This document shows, piece by piece, positions 48,059 through 57,776 of a stretch of 64,000 bases of DNA. The notes below the pieces were generated by a model. That model made no database searches. It saw only the letters and a list, made by a program, of their open reading frames with translations, and had not been told where the DNA came from. Position 1 is the first letter of the stretch, and each line of letters opens with the position of its first letter. The translations under genes were made by a program, and so were the position numbers. The stretch comes from an uncultured Methanosarcinales archaeon (lineage in GTDB: Archaea > Nanobdellota > Nanobdellia > Woesearchaeales > ARS49), in NCBI GenBank assembly GCA_964362535.1, contig CAYIEN010000003.1, positions 6,018 to 70,017 on the forward strand, in the 5' to 3' direction.

Positions 48059-48370
48059 ATGGAACCGTTTGTTGTTTTGGATCGTTCAAATAAGCATTTT
48101 TCGCGTTTTATGGACTTGTTGAAAGAACAGGAGCATGTGCGTATTAAGGATGTAAAGAAGATTGTTACGCATTCTTCGTATTATGGTGTTATTCTGAAGA
48201 AGGTTTGTGGTTTGAATGAAGTGATGCGTGAATTGTCTCCGAAATTCTATATTGCTGAACCTGCTTTTGACGTGACGGAAAGCAAGGAAGTGTTCACTGC
48301 CTTGAAACGTTGTCCAAACCTCGTTATTGAGGCACGTAAAGAATTCTTCCTGCTGAGGTACACACAATGA
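48059..48370 (+). CDS. Hypothetical protein
   Basis: ATGA coupling to the next gene. Confidence 0.6.
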   Translation: MEPFVVLDRSNKHFSRFMDLLKEQEHVRIKDVKKIVTHSSYYGVILKKVCGLNEVMRELSPKFYIAEPAFDVTESKEVFTALKRCPNLVIEARKEFFLLRYTQ

Positions 48371-48588
48371 GGAAAAACCATCAGATACGTTTTCGCGTCG
48401 ATCGTGAACAGGCAGAACGCATTCGTAACAAAGCAAGCGCAAAAGGATATTCAAGCACAAGCGCATATTTACGTCATCTAGCTCTTGAACGCGATATGCT
48501 GATCGAGCAAGCAATTCTTGACACTCGCGATGATGTCGTGACACTTTCGCGGATGATTAAGGAATCACGCAAAACTGGCACTGTTTAG
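48367..48588 (+). CDS. Ribbon-helix-helix protein (MobC/CopG-like)
   Basis: QIRFRVDREQAERIRNKASAKGYSSTSAYLRHLAL. Confidence 0.72.
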   Translation: MRKNHQIRFRVDREQAERIRNKASAKGYSSTSAYLRHLALERDMLIEQAILDTRDDVVTLSRMIKESRKTGTV

Positions 48589-48807
48589 TGCAACAACGTC
48601 TGTTTTAGGGCGTTCTTGACTATCGAGGAAAACGAGGACTGCTTTACGTCCCTCGCAATTAACTAGATAGTAGAAGACTTCATCACCTTTTTGGAGCGCG
48701 TTACCAACAACAAGCTCTTTTGCGAGTGTTAAGAAAAAGTTAGCGCGCTTTTGCTGTAAACGCACTGACCAACCCACGCCTTCAAAATTGCCTTTTGTTG
48801 TATTCAT
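48565..48807 (-). CDS. Small protein, possibly AbrB-like
   Basis: FFLTLAKELV..ALQKGDEV; GGGCGG SD. Confidence 0.55.
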   Translation of the reverse strand: MNTTKGNFEGVGWSVRLQQKRANFFLTLAKELVVGNALQKGDEVFYYLVNCEGRKAVLVFLDSQERPKTDVVALNSASFA

Positions 48808-48953
48808 CAGTTTGAAACCGCCCCACCTCTTATCCTGAATGTGTTTTTTTCCCTTTATAAAATGGCTGAGAAAAAAATGGAAGAAAATGTAGAGAAAAGC
48901 TTAAAAAGCACACAATATCCTCCATTTTTGAAGGGGCTGATGGAAGTACATCG

Positions 48954-50021
48954 GTGGAATTTGACCTCAAAAACATCAAGATATTGACGGAACTTGACAA
49001 GAATTGTCGACAACCGTATTCTGACATTGCCAAAACAGTCAATCTTTCTCAGCAATCCGTAAGCCGCAGAATCAACAAACTCCTCCAGGAAGGCGTTCTG
49101 AAACAGTTCGTCACATTCATCAACCTCGAATACATCGGTTTTCGAGTCATTAACATCTGTTTGAAGCTGAAACACATGCCTCAAGCCGAAGAAGAACACC
49201 TCCTTCAGCTCATAAGCGACATTCCGCACGTCAACTGGCTTTGTAGCCTTTCTGGAAGCCCTTACGACTTGATAATTGGCATTCACGCAGCAGACGTCAG
49301 CCACTTTGAACGCCTCTTTAACCAAATTACAGGCATATTTGAGCACGAAATCATCGACGACGGATGGTTCAACTGCATGGACAGCTTCCAACTCCCCTAC
49401 CCCCTCCAAAAGCGCAAGCCAGAGGTTCCGTCAAGCATTGGCGTAAAGCTCGGCCCAAAACTCGCCTTACAACGTCTTGACTACCTGATCCTCCAAGAAT
49501 TAGCAAGCAACGCCCGAATAACCAACCAAGAACTAGCCAAAAAATTCAAAACAGGCATTCAAACCATTACTGCACACATTCAACGCATGGAACAAGACAA
49601 CGTCATCCAAGGCTACAAGCCGTTGATTGACATGCAAAAACTCGGATACCAATGGCACCTCGTATTGTTTAAACTGAAATACGTTGATGCCGAAACCAAG
49701 AAACAATTCATGGAATTCCTGAAATCAATACCCCAAACCTTCTTCGTCGTTCACGGAGTGGGAAACTGGAACATGCAAGTCGAATTCTACTGCAAAAACA
49801 ACGACGAATACGGACAAGTCATGAACACCATCTTCCCACAAAAATACCACAAAATCATCAAAACACAACACGAACTTATTATTTTAAAAGAACACAAATG
49901 CATCTGGTATCCTGCTGCGAAAGTCGAAGAAGCTATCCAAACGAAACTTGGCAAATGGAATTCCCAAAAACAACCACTCGAACAACCCATCAAAACACTC
50001 ATCAAACGAACAAAAACATAA
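48954..50021 (+). CDS. Tandem (double) Lrp/AsnC-family transcriptional regulator
   Basis: Two HTH+RAM units: KILTELDKNCRQPYSDIAK and LILQELASNARITNQELAK. Confidence 0.9.
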   Translation: MEFDLKNIKILTELDKNCRQPYSDIAKTVNLSQQSVSRRINKLLQEGVLKQFVTFINLEYIGFRVINICLKLKHMPQAEEEHLLQLISDIPHVNWLCSLSGSPYDLIIGIHAADVSHFERLFNQITGIFEHEIIDDGWFNCMDSFQLPYPLQKRKPEVPSSIGVKLGPKLALQRLDYLILQELASNARITNQELAKKFKTGIQTITAHIQRMEQDNVIQGYKPLIDMQKLGYQWHLVLFKLKYVDAETKKQFMEFLKSIPQTFFVVHGVGNWNMQVEFYCKNNDEYGQVMNTIFPQKYHKIIKTQHELIILKEHKCIWYPAAKVEEAIQTKLGKWNSQKQPLEQPIKTLIKRTKT

Positions 50022-50085
50022 TAGGAAGAAAAGGTGAATCTTTTTATGAGAAAGTTCTTTAAATCAGCATCTTTCATCAGGCATA

Positions 50086-50829
50086 ATGGCGGATAAAGAT
50101 CAACAAAGTGTAGGTTGTGCGAGAAACATTAACGAAAGTTCGGCATTGGGCATTCTGAGTGAACAGGTGGATGAAGCGGGACTGCGTTTTTGTTGGGACA
50201 CTTTGCCTTCTGATAAACGGAATATTTTAAGGCCGGATTGCAAAAATATCGAAGATGTCATTCTGGACGCCGCACGTATGTACTTGAGTCCTTCATTTGT
50301 CTTTGATGGTCCTGAAGACTTTTCTAAAGGATCACTTGTATACATTCTCATGGTGGACTCAATACTTGAATTTATGGAGGGAGAAGTCCATATTGCTGGC
50401 GAAAAGCTCAAAACAAGATTTTCGACATTCACACAAGCTCCCTACGACTTGTTACCTGGCAAAGAAGTTATGCGTCTGAATTTTTATGAGCCAAAATCAA
50501 TAGCAGATTTAGGATGCGTTGCCGTTCACGAATTCTCGCACTTATACGACGCCCGAAGAAACAAACTCGCAATTGAGGAAGATACAAATCAGCTCCTACC
50601 TAGTGAAAAAACTCGATATGGCAGATCCATTACGCATGTTGTTTCAGAAGTAAAAGCTACACTTAGAGAGCTTATTTACGCAAAATCCTTAGATTGCAAT
50701 AAAGATGAAAAAGATCGCCTTCTGGCAATAAATTTACGGAGATTAACTAAAGAACTAGATGAATTAAGCGTTAGTAATGTTCAAGAGAAAATATGGTTAG
50801 AACTCGATATTGGTAAATACTTGAAGTAA
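50086..50829 (+). CDS. Hypothetical protein with an HExxH zincin-like motif
   Basis: VAVHEFSH..SEVKA. Confidence 0.6.
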   Translation: MADKDQQSVGCARNINESSALGILSEQVDEAGLRFCWDTLPSDKRNILRPDCKNIEDVILDAARMYLSPSFVFDGPEDFSKGSLVYILMVDSILEFMEGEVHIAGEKLKTRFSTFTQAPYDLLPGKEVMRLNFYEPKSIADLGCVAVHEFSHLYDARRNKLAIEEDTNQLLPSEKTRYGRSITHVVSEVKATLRELIYAKSLDCNKDEKDRLLAINLRRLTKELDELSVSNVQEKIWLELDIGKYLK

Positions 50830-50869
50830 CTCTGCCTTTTCGATCGATTAAGAAGCTAGGGTTTCTTGT

Positions 50870-51154
50870 TCAAAGTAATCTTGTGTTGAGAGGGTGCGGG
50901 CAGAATGTTTTTAAGAAATAGTCGATTTTTTCGGGGTGTTGTTCCGCATCGCGTTTTAGATGAGTCACTCGAGCAACGTATTGCAAGACTGCCTGATACT
51001 GCTGAAGAGGGTTATTCAACGCAGCGATCTGGTCACGATGCATTTTGATAGATACAGCCACACTCGGATTATCCGCGTACTCCCAAAGAAGTTTGATAAA
51101 GTAATCAAAGGCGTTAAGCGGCTCGCGCATGATAACATCAAGTTCTTCTGTCAT
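50870..51154 (-). CDS. Hypothetical protein
   Basis: 94-aa helical ORF. Confidence 0.5.
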   Translation of the reverse strand: MTEELDVIMREPLNAFDYFIKLLWEYADNPSVAVSIKMHRDQIAALNNPLQQYQAVLQYVARVTHLKRDAEQHPEKIDYFLKTFCPHPLNTRLL

Positions 51155-51205
51155 AGTAGTCTGGAATGCTCAAATGAATAAAAACCTTCACTTTCTCGTT
51201 TCTAG

Positions 51206-52156
51206 TTAGGCATGTTCTGTTCCGGGGTATCGTATTCGTGGTCTTCCTTGTCCTCGTGTTGTGCGGATGTATTTGCTGAATTCGCACATGCAGTTTTGTA
51301 ATGACATGACGCTGAGTGTTCGTTCATTCATCGGTAAGTCTGTAAGTATTCTTGTTAGGTCTCCGAGGACTCTTTTTTGGTTGTCGCGGAGCCAAAAAAG
51401 CAGTTCTTCATCAGTGAGCCCATCAGTATTGGAGAATAAGTAGCGTAGTCCTTTCTTGCAGCCGGGTCCCGCAACGACAAACTCATTCTCACTGAAAGGA
51501 AACGCAGGAATGTAGGTGAAGTCAACAAATATTTGGTATGCGAGAAAGCGCCCCAGTCCTGGACAGCTTTCCAATGCTTCAAAAACTTCTCGGGGCGTCA
51601 CACTGCGCATTATTCTCCCGATAATGTCCTGCGCTTTGTGCAGTGCAACGAGCCGTATGATGCGAACTGCTTTGTTCGGTTCATTCGAGAAAAGCTTGTT
51701 TGCCGCAGCTTTCGGTCCGCTCGTGAAAAAAGCATTAGAAAACAACACAAACCGCGCACTATCCAATTTCTTTCGAATACTGTCATAAGGTATGTTGTCG
51801 AAATCAACAAGCCCGATGTGCTCTATGGTTTGTGACTTGTTAAACAGACGAAAAAGAATACAGTTGAGAAGCGTGTGCCCATAAGAAAGATTTGTATTTA
51901 GACAAACGTGGTTGATAAGCCAAATCGTTTCTTTGTCCTGTTCGCGCCGCACATTCGTAAACTTGTACTTTTGCAAAATAGGGTCTTGCGTCCACGGCTT
52001 TGGCAAATGTTTTTCTTTCGCAAGCCGAATACGATATCTCTCGCAAACCCAATACGCAAACAACCGCGCTTCCTCAACATTCAAAACCGGCACAGCAACC
52101 CTGATCAGCTCTTTGCGAACCGCACAATACGGAATATCTGCAGATTTCAATTGCAT
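51206..52156 (-). CDS. aGPT-Pplase1 / 5-hmdU DNA kinase helical-domain family protein (HhH-GPD-related DNA base modification)
   Basis: ERYRI..PKPWTQDPILQKYKFTNVRREQD, FRLFN, GLGRFLAYQIFVD, AGPGC..GL, QNCMCEFSKY. Confidence 0.88.
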   Translation of the reverse strand: MQLKSADIPYCAVRKELIRVAVPVLNVEEARLFAYWVCERYRIRLAKEKHLPKPWTQDPILQKYKFTNVRREQDKETIWLINHVCLNTNLSYGHTLLNCILFRLFNKSQTIEHIGLVDFDNIPYDSIRKKLDSARFVLFSNAFFTSGPKAAANKLFSNEPNKAVRIIRLVALHKAQDIIGRIMRSVTPREVFEALESCPGLGRFLAYQIFVDFTYIPAFPFSENEFVVAGPGCKKGLRYLFSNTDGLTDEELLFWLRDNQKRVLGDLTRILTDLPMNERTLSVMSLQNCMCEFSKYIRTTRGQGRPRIRYPGTEHA

Positions 52157-52219
52157 AAAAAAACAATACCCAAGAACAGATTAAATAACTTACTTGTCAG
52201 GATGGGTAAAGATCGCGCA

Positions 52220-52417
52220 TCACAACTTGTGCATCTTCTTAGCAACAATGGTCAATATTCCTGCAAATAACAGTGTGGTGAATGAAACAAGTATTATGCG
52301 CCACACTTCAGACATTCCGATTGGTTTGAGAATGAACTGGTGCAAAAGAACTACTAAAACGATATCAATAACCCAAATGAGCAAGTAACGCGAATGCGAT
52401 TTCTTACGTGCCATCAT
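52220..52417 (-). CDS. Small two-TM membrane protein
   Basis: Two hydrophobic helices with basic ends. Confidence 0.6.
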   Translation of the reverse strand: MMARKKSHSRYLLIWVIDIVLVVLLHQFILKPIGMSEVWRIILVSFTTLLFAGILTIVAKKMHKL

Positions 52418-52445
52418 CCGTTAGTGTTCTTTTTGATTTATAAGA

Positions 52446-52835
52446 TTATCTCTCAAGATGAACCGCGTTTTTGAACAGTTCTATGTTGTTGAGCGGGATA
52501 ATCCCTGCTGCGAAAGTGTCGATTGCGATGTCTTTTGTTGGTTCCGAGAAATAAACAGGTTTTTTGAGTGCGAGCGCGTATCCAAGCTCGATTTTAAGGC
52601 TTGTTCCGATGTATCCTTCTGGAACAATAAAGTAAACAGCATCGCACTTCTCAATTGCCTCGTAGTATTCTAACGCTAGTCTCTTTTTTGTTTCAGGACT
52701 GTCAGCCACATCACGATTTTCCGATATTTGATCAACATTCGGACACAACGGCTGCAAACCTAACTCATTCATACACTTTATCGTCGCTTTCACCACATCA
52801 CGAAAACGCATACTCGAACCGATCAAAATTTTCAT
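52446..52835 (-). CDS. Nucleoside 2-deoxyribosyltransferase / N-glycosidase-like protein
   Basis: ILIGSSMRF..AIEKCDAVY..GYIGTSLKIELGYALALKKPVY. Confidence 0.78.
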   Translation of the reverse strand: MKILIGSSMRFRDVVKATIKCMNELGLQPLCPNVDQISENRDVADSPETKKRLALEYYEAIEKCDAVYFIVPEGYIGTSLKIELGYALALKKPVYFSEPTKDIAIDTFAAGIIPLNNIELFKNAVHLER

Positions 52836-54097
52836 AATTTCTCCACTACTTGGTTTTCATCTTCATAAACGATTTTTCCCAGCGCATCTTTAGAAGATGC
52901 TTCTGATTTAATATTCGAAAGATACTTTTTGTGTGAAAGCAACAACGTTTTCTCGTACGTCGCTTTACCCTTTTTGGTAAGATAGAATCTATACTTGCCT
53001 TTTGGAAGCGTTGGCTTAACAAGCCACTTCTTTCGTTCCAACACTTCATTTATGAGAGTTTCTGGAAGTAATCGTTTGCCTGCGGAAAAGACTCCTTCGC
53101 CATTCGTTGTGAAGCGATAAAGTTGCATTTTCTGCCGTTCAATAATGAATGGTGGAACAACGCCAAGTTGAATGTATTTTTTTTGCAGTGCTTTTGTTAG
53201 TGTTCCAAACGATGCAATAGTTTTGCGACACTTTTTATTTCCGCAGGCGCACTTCATTGTTTCGTTATCCGCAATTGCAGTTGAATAGTCATATGTAATT
53301 TCTTCTCCTGATTTTATGTATTTTATTGCAATGAGACTGGCAGTTTTGCCATGAATCTTTTGTCCTGCATTCGGATTACAAGAATGATTCACGAAGTCCT
53401 CCACGTCGTGCGCCGGACCAATCCACAAGGTTTCCGAAATTTGTGCAGAATGAGCACGTACGCTTTGCGGTTCACGCATCATTTGCACATTCGTCATCAA
53501 TTTACCCGTATACCGAAAAATAACCTCTCCTTTCTTGAAATCACGATTCGCAAAAACACCCTTGCCCGCAGTCTTGGACTTTTTTACTAGCAAAGGCTCA
53601 TACTTCCAACGCTTATTTACCGTTGCCATGAGTTTTTCGTATTTCGCAAAAGAACCAAGCTTTGCGCTTTTTCTTCGTGCATCCAGCCCTTTGCGGTCAG
53701 CAATAGGTCTCGCAATAAAAATGCCTTTCGGAGCATAAAACTGTGTTCCGTACACTTGTTTCTTGCCTGAATTGACCAGAACTCTATCCGTTAAAAACGC
53801 CAGACTTCCTTTGTCTGCTTGTTTTTCTTTCACTGCTTTTTGTAGTAGTTTGAGGCATTTCTTTTGGAATGCGAGATTGTAATCCGCGTGCTGTAAGATT
53901 AGCCAGGCAGCAATGGAGCCCTTCCTGCCCACTAATTTGTATGTTGGCCAGCCAAATTCATTAACAATTTTGACCAACACCTTCGCGTGCCTCTTATCCA
54001 TTTCCGGATCCCACTTACCACCCTTCCCCGCAGCAGTACGCATCTTCACGTCAGCCTTCATCATGCGAAGAAGCTCAAAATGGAGTTTGTGGTTCAT
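52832..54097 (-). CDS. Fusion protein: DUF6624-like domain, SET/post-SET methyltransferase and an unknown C-terminal module
   Basis: GWP..VG..AAWLILQHAD..DR..QVYGTQF; GKGVFA, NHSCNPN, GEEITYDY, CACG..CR. Confidence 0.88.
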   Translation of the reverse strand: MNHKLHFELLRMMKADVKMRTAAGKGGKWDPEMDKRHAKVLVKIVNEFGWPTYKLVGRKGSIAAWLILQHADYNLAFQKKCLKLLQKAVKEKQADKGSLAFLTDRVLVNSGKKQVYGTQFYAPKGIFIARPIADRKGLDARRKSAKLGSFAKYEKLMATVNKRWKYEPLLVKKSKTAGKGVFANRDFKKGEVIFRYTGKLMTNVQMMREPQSVRAHSAQISETLWIGPAHDVEDFVNHSCNPNAGQKIHGKTASLIAIKYIKSGEEITYDYSTAIADNETMKCACGNKKCRKTIASFGTLTKALQKKYIQLGVVPPFIIERQKMQLYRFTTNGEGVFSAGKRLLPETLINEVLERKKWLVKPTLPKGKYRFYLTKKGKATYEKTLLLSHKKYLSNIKSEASSKDALGKIVYEDENQVVEKL

Positions 54098-54165
54098 TAC
54101 ACTTGTTGAGAATTTCGTATTTATAAATCATAAGTTTTAAGAAGAAGACTATCTTCTAAAGATGC

Positions 54166-54582
54166 ATGGCAGAAGTTCAACAGCCTCAAGGCAGTTTTGT
54201 TTGGAAGTATGGCCCGGCCTTTGTTCTCGGAGTCGCGGCTACACTGTGTTGTAGCACCCTTAACGAGCGGTTAGGCTCTCAGCACAAGCGCATTCTTCGT
54301 GACAAATCTGCCATTTACGTTCTGGAAACCTCCATGCTTAAAGATGGCAATCGGCAACAAACAGAACAGACAAATCCTTACTTACCACGTCTCGTCGCAC
54401 TTGAAGACGAACTAACCGCAGAACTTCCAGAACTGCAAGATCTTGAATGGTCTCTTGTCTTCGGTGAACTTTCTGAAGGTAACGCCAATATCAAACAAAA
54501 ATATCCAAAGTACACCGGAAGCTTTGATGCATACCGAGAAAAAATGAACCAGAATTATCACGAAATGTTCAGCAAAAAGTAA
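54166..54582 (+). CDS. Hypothetical protein with an N-terminal hydrophobic segment
   Basis: 138 aa; TATA box upstream. Confidence 0.6.
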   Translation: MAEVQQPQGSFVWKYGPAFVLGVAATLCCSTLNERLGSQHKRILRDKSAIYVLETSMLKDGNRQQTEQTNPYLPRLVALEDELTAELPELQDLEWSLVFGELSEGNANIKQKYPKYTGSFDAYREKMNQNYHEMFSKK

Positions 54583-54627
54583 GTGTGTCGGGATAAACAT
54601 ATAAACTTCTGATTCTTTCGTGCGTTT

Positions 54628-54942
54628 ATGGGTTCGACAAAGATTGTTGAGGTGTTACCGAACAAGGAATTCGAATTATTGATTCGTGATTGCGTTATCA
54701 AGATTAATCCTCATGCTTCTTACCGTGTCAGCACTGCACAACGAACGGTCTTTTCGGATGCTGAACTCATCCGTATTTTGAAGGAAGAAAAGCCCGTACT
54801 GTATGGAGAACAAGAAAATGGTCGTTTCGCAGTCATTTTTAAAAGGAACGAAGGATTTATAAGGCTCATTTTCCAACATATCTCCAAAGGAATAGAAGTT
54901 GGAACTTTTTACATTATTGATCAATTACCACCAATAAAATGA
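54628..54942 (+). CDS. Putative toxin (DUF4258/BrnT-like)
   Basis: PHASYR..QR..L..E.P..QENGRFAVIF; ATGA-coupled to a DUF2283-like gene. Confidence 0.6.
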   Translation: MGSTKIVEVLPNKEFELLIRDCVIKINPHASYRVSTAQRTVFSDAELIRILKEEKPVLYGEQENGRFAVIFKRNEGFIRLIFQHISKGIEVGTFYIIDQLPPIK

Positions 54943-55316
54943 TGCGCAAACACTTAGACGCAAAAGGAGAAGTTGATTATGATTACAAAGAAGACACTCT
55001 GTTTTTCAAAATTCAGAATAGAGAATACGTGAAATCGATTGATTTTGAAGATATGGTTCTTGATGTTGACAAAGAAGGATTCATTACCGGAATTCAAGTA
55101 TTTGACGTATCAAAACTGTTCAAGTTGTCAAAAGAAGCACTTAGAAACGTGAAATACACACAATTCAACACCAAAGTAGAAAAGAACGTCATTACCGTAC
55201 AATTCATGTTCACCTGCGTACAAAGAAACAAAACCATCGTTGAACGAGGAGAAAACATGATCCGCGAATCACCATCCCCACTACTCGAAAGAGAAGTCGA
55301 ATGCATCGTAGCATAA
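54939..55316 (+). CDS. DUF2283-like putative antitoxin
   Basis: DYDYKEDTLF..VLDVDKEGFITGIQVFDVSK. Confidence 0.8.
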   Translation: MMRKHLDAKGEVDYDYKEDTLFFKIQNREYVKSIDFEDMVLDVDKEGFITGIQVFDVSKLFKLSKEALRNVKYTQFNTKVEKNVITVQFMFTCVQRNKTIVERGENMIRESPSPLLEREVECIVA

Positions 55317-55370
55317 ACCCATTCTTAAATACCTAAAATGATTTAAAGAGCTTTGCACTACTTGTTCGTT

Positions 55371-55853
55371 ATGAAGCAACTTGCAGTGTATTATGACTGT
55401 CAGCATATTCCTCACAAATCTGAAGAAAGGTTTGTTCGCAATCACAAAAACGGTAAAGGAGACACTCTTGTCGAAATTCTTCACGCTGCAGATATTCCTT
55501 TCGAAGTAAGATTTTTGAGTGACGTTCGCCCCTCCCCCATTCTTGTTCTCGAGGAAGACCATCAAGAAAAACGCATGCTTCATCAGCATTCTGGAGCACC
55601 ATTCGAAATCCTGAAATTCGCATATAACGAAGGCTTCTTGACGAAAGAAAAATATATCAACCTAGCCAAACAATACACTCCGAAAGCTCACTGGTCATTC
55701 CTTAAAGCCGACGATACTGTTCAAGCGCAATGGAAGGCAGACGCCCGCGCATCCGTAACAGAAGCCGCCAAGAAAAGACTCGTCAAAGGAAGTCCGATGC
55801 CAGGTATCGACCCGGATGATAAACACGAATACACCATTCGCCTGCCAAAATAG
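55371..55853 (+). CDS. Hypothetical protein
   Basis: ATG 55371 after TTTAAA. Confidence 0.6.
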   Translation: MKQLAVYYDCQHIPHKSEERFVRNHKNGKGDTLVEILHAADIPFEVRFLSDVRPSPILVLEEDHQEKRMLHQHSGAPFEILKFAYNEGFLTKEKYINLAKQYTPKAHWSFLKADDTVQAQWKADARASVTEAAKKRLVKGSPMPGIDPDDKHEYTIRLPK

Positions 55854-55893
55854 ACGTAAACTACATGAGTAGTTTTAACAGGACACAAAAATA

Positions 55894-56244
55894 CTAGGCT
55901 TCTGACACATAATGATTCTTGTCTGCCACTGGCGTGTACACGATATCTAATCGTATTCCGCTCCATCGAGAACCAATATACCCCGTCGAAAGAAGCCTTT
56001 GGTAATGTTCAGGAGTAATTTTGACAAAGTAATGCCTTTCATTATCTTCCTTTTTTACGGTAATCCCAAAACCCGGCGCCATACCACTCCCCGGAACCCG
56101 CTGAACATTCTTTGAAACACTAAAAAAGATACGCTTACCATTCGAATTATCCGCAAGACACTCCAGCGTTTTCCCTTGACCTAACTTCCGTTCATCAAAA
56201 GCATTAAGAGTCAAAACAAGATCCGCAAAAGCATTCACATTCAT
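55894..56244 (-). CDS. Hypothetical protein
   Basis: 116-aa ORF; weak by-eye resemblance to 16999-17361. Confidence 0.55.
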   Translation of the reverse strand: MNVNAFADLVLTLNAFDERKLGQGKTLECLADNSNGKRIFFSVSKNVQRVPGSGMAPGFGITVKKEDNERHYFVKITPEHYQRLLSTGYIGSRWSGIRLDIVYTPVADKNHYVSEA

Positions 56245-56275
56245 AAACTTCAAAAAAGATGAAGAACCTATTTAA

Positions 56276-56461
56276 TCATTTCGTCGATCTTTTCAGTCTC
56301 GATTGACAATATGCGGCGGCAGCAGTCGTAATTGCACAATATCCTAACACTTGAAACGTATCTTCAGAAGTTTTTTGGGTTTTCCACGCATAGTAATTAC
56401 TCCCCAAAATTCCGACACCCATAATTGCGCCCACAATGATATTTTCAAGAGTGCGATTCAT
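56276..56461 (-). CDS. Small two-TM membrane protein
   Basis: Two hydrophobic segments. Confidence 0.5.
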   Translation of the reverse strand: MNRTLENIIVGAIMGVGILGSNYYAWKTQKTSEDTFQVLGYCAITTAAAAYCQSRLKRSTK

Positions 56462-56542
56462 TCATGACTCAAATTAAAGCTCGCTATAAAAATATATTGC
56501 CTGAAGCAACACTTATAAAGCACAATTTCCAACCTACATCTC

Positions 56543-57004
56543 ATGAACATCCGCAAAGCCTCTTTGAAAGACATTCCTGCTCTTGTTGCGCTTTTTCTTG
56601 AGTATGATAAGGTTGAGCACCGTTTGAACCCTTCCGTTCCTATGGGTTTAAAGAAACAATATGTGGTATTCTTCCGCAAAAACTTACCGAAGAAGCGTTT
56701 TGCCGTTTTTGTTGCGGATGACGGAAAGCTTCGCGGGCTTATTCACGCAGAAGTCTTCACCACAAACCAAAAGAAAAACATCGTCCTTTACGGATCCATC
56801 CAAAACGCCATTGTCAGCCACAAGTACCGCAACAAAGGTATCGGCACACAACTACTCAACACCGCAATCACATGGCTCAAAAAACAACCCATCAAAAAAA
56901 TCAACGCATACGTCCACGGCAAAAATGCGAAAGCACTCACATTCTGGAAACACAAAAAGTTCAAAATACGAGGGTATCAGTTGGAATTGCCTGTTAAAAA
57001 ATAG
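56543..57004 (+). CDS. GNAT-family acetyltransferase
   Basis: MNIRKA..D, VSHKYRNKGIGTQLL, N.KAL.FW...F. Confidence 0.92.
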   Translation: MNIRKASLKDIPALVALFLEYDKVEHRLNPSVPMGLKKQYVVFFRKNLPKKRFAVFVADDGKLRGLIHAEVFTTNQKKNIVLYGSIQNAIVSHKYRNKGIGTQLLNTAITWLKKQPIKKINAYVHGKNAKALTFWKHKKFKIRGYQLELPVKK

Positions 57005-57103
57005 TTCTCGAGAATTATTTTTCTATACCAATAACGCGTCGCACGTGCGGAGGTAACTCAATCAAGATTAGCAAGAATCTTTTTATCAAATTAAAAAAGT
57101 ACT

Positions 57104-57646
57104 TCAAAAACTAAAAGTAATCTTAAATTGTCCTTTAGGGACTTCAATAATTCTATAATTGCTTCCTTCTTTCAGGATTGATACTCCTTGCGTTCTCAAA
57201 AAATCACTATATTCATCTTGCTCAGAACAACCTTGAAGGTTATATCTTTCCAAGATTTCTTTCTCAACGGTCTCATCTTCATCACTTTTGAATTGTTTAC
57301 CGTTGTAATTGCCCTTGCATAATTCAATTGCGTGAATTTCTGCTTTGTTGCTTAACTTGGGCATTCTTGAAGGATGCGATAATTCCGGTGCAGAAGCAAA
57401 TCCATATTCCCATAAAGCTCCGATCATGACTTTTATTACATCTTTCTTAAAATCTTCATTCTCCGCCGTGAAATATGGCGTTCTACTGACATGCTCTTCA
57501 ACTTTATTGTCTAATTCCGTTCCGGGAAAGGCTTTAATCTCTAAAGTCTTGTGCAGAATTGCATCTAAAGAAGAAACTTCAAAAACATGCACATGGTAAC
57601 CGTGATCTTTCTTTCTTTTGACATAATTATTAATTTTGTATAACAT
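57104..57646 (-). CDS. Hypothetical protein, AT-rich
   Basis: 180 aa; TTTATAAA upstream. Confidence 0.6.
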   Translation of the reverse strand: MLYKINNYVKRKKDHGYHVHVFEVSSLDAILHKTLEIKAFPGTELDNKVEEHVSRTPYFTAENEDFKKDVIKVMIGALWEYGFASAPELSHPSRMPKLSNKAEIHAIELCKGNYNGKQFKSDEDETVEKEILERYNLQGCSEQDEYSDFLRTQGVSILKEGSNYRIIEVPKGQFKITFSF

Positions 57647-57776
57647 ATGACTTGATGAATATGACTCCTTTATAAATCTTTCTTTTATTTACTACTAATA
57701 AATGACTATCTTTAACTGGAAAAACAAAAACTTCAAAATAGGGGGATACAACCTCGAACTACCCACTAAAAAATAA

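Noticed and set aside
48954..50021. Siroheme decarboxylase (AhbAB/NirDL) interpretation
   Set aside because: No heme-biosynthesis context and no recognisable HxYxR motif; a double Lrp regulator fits better.
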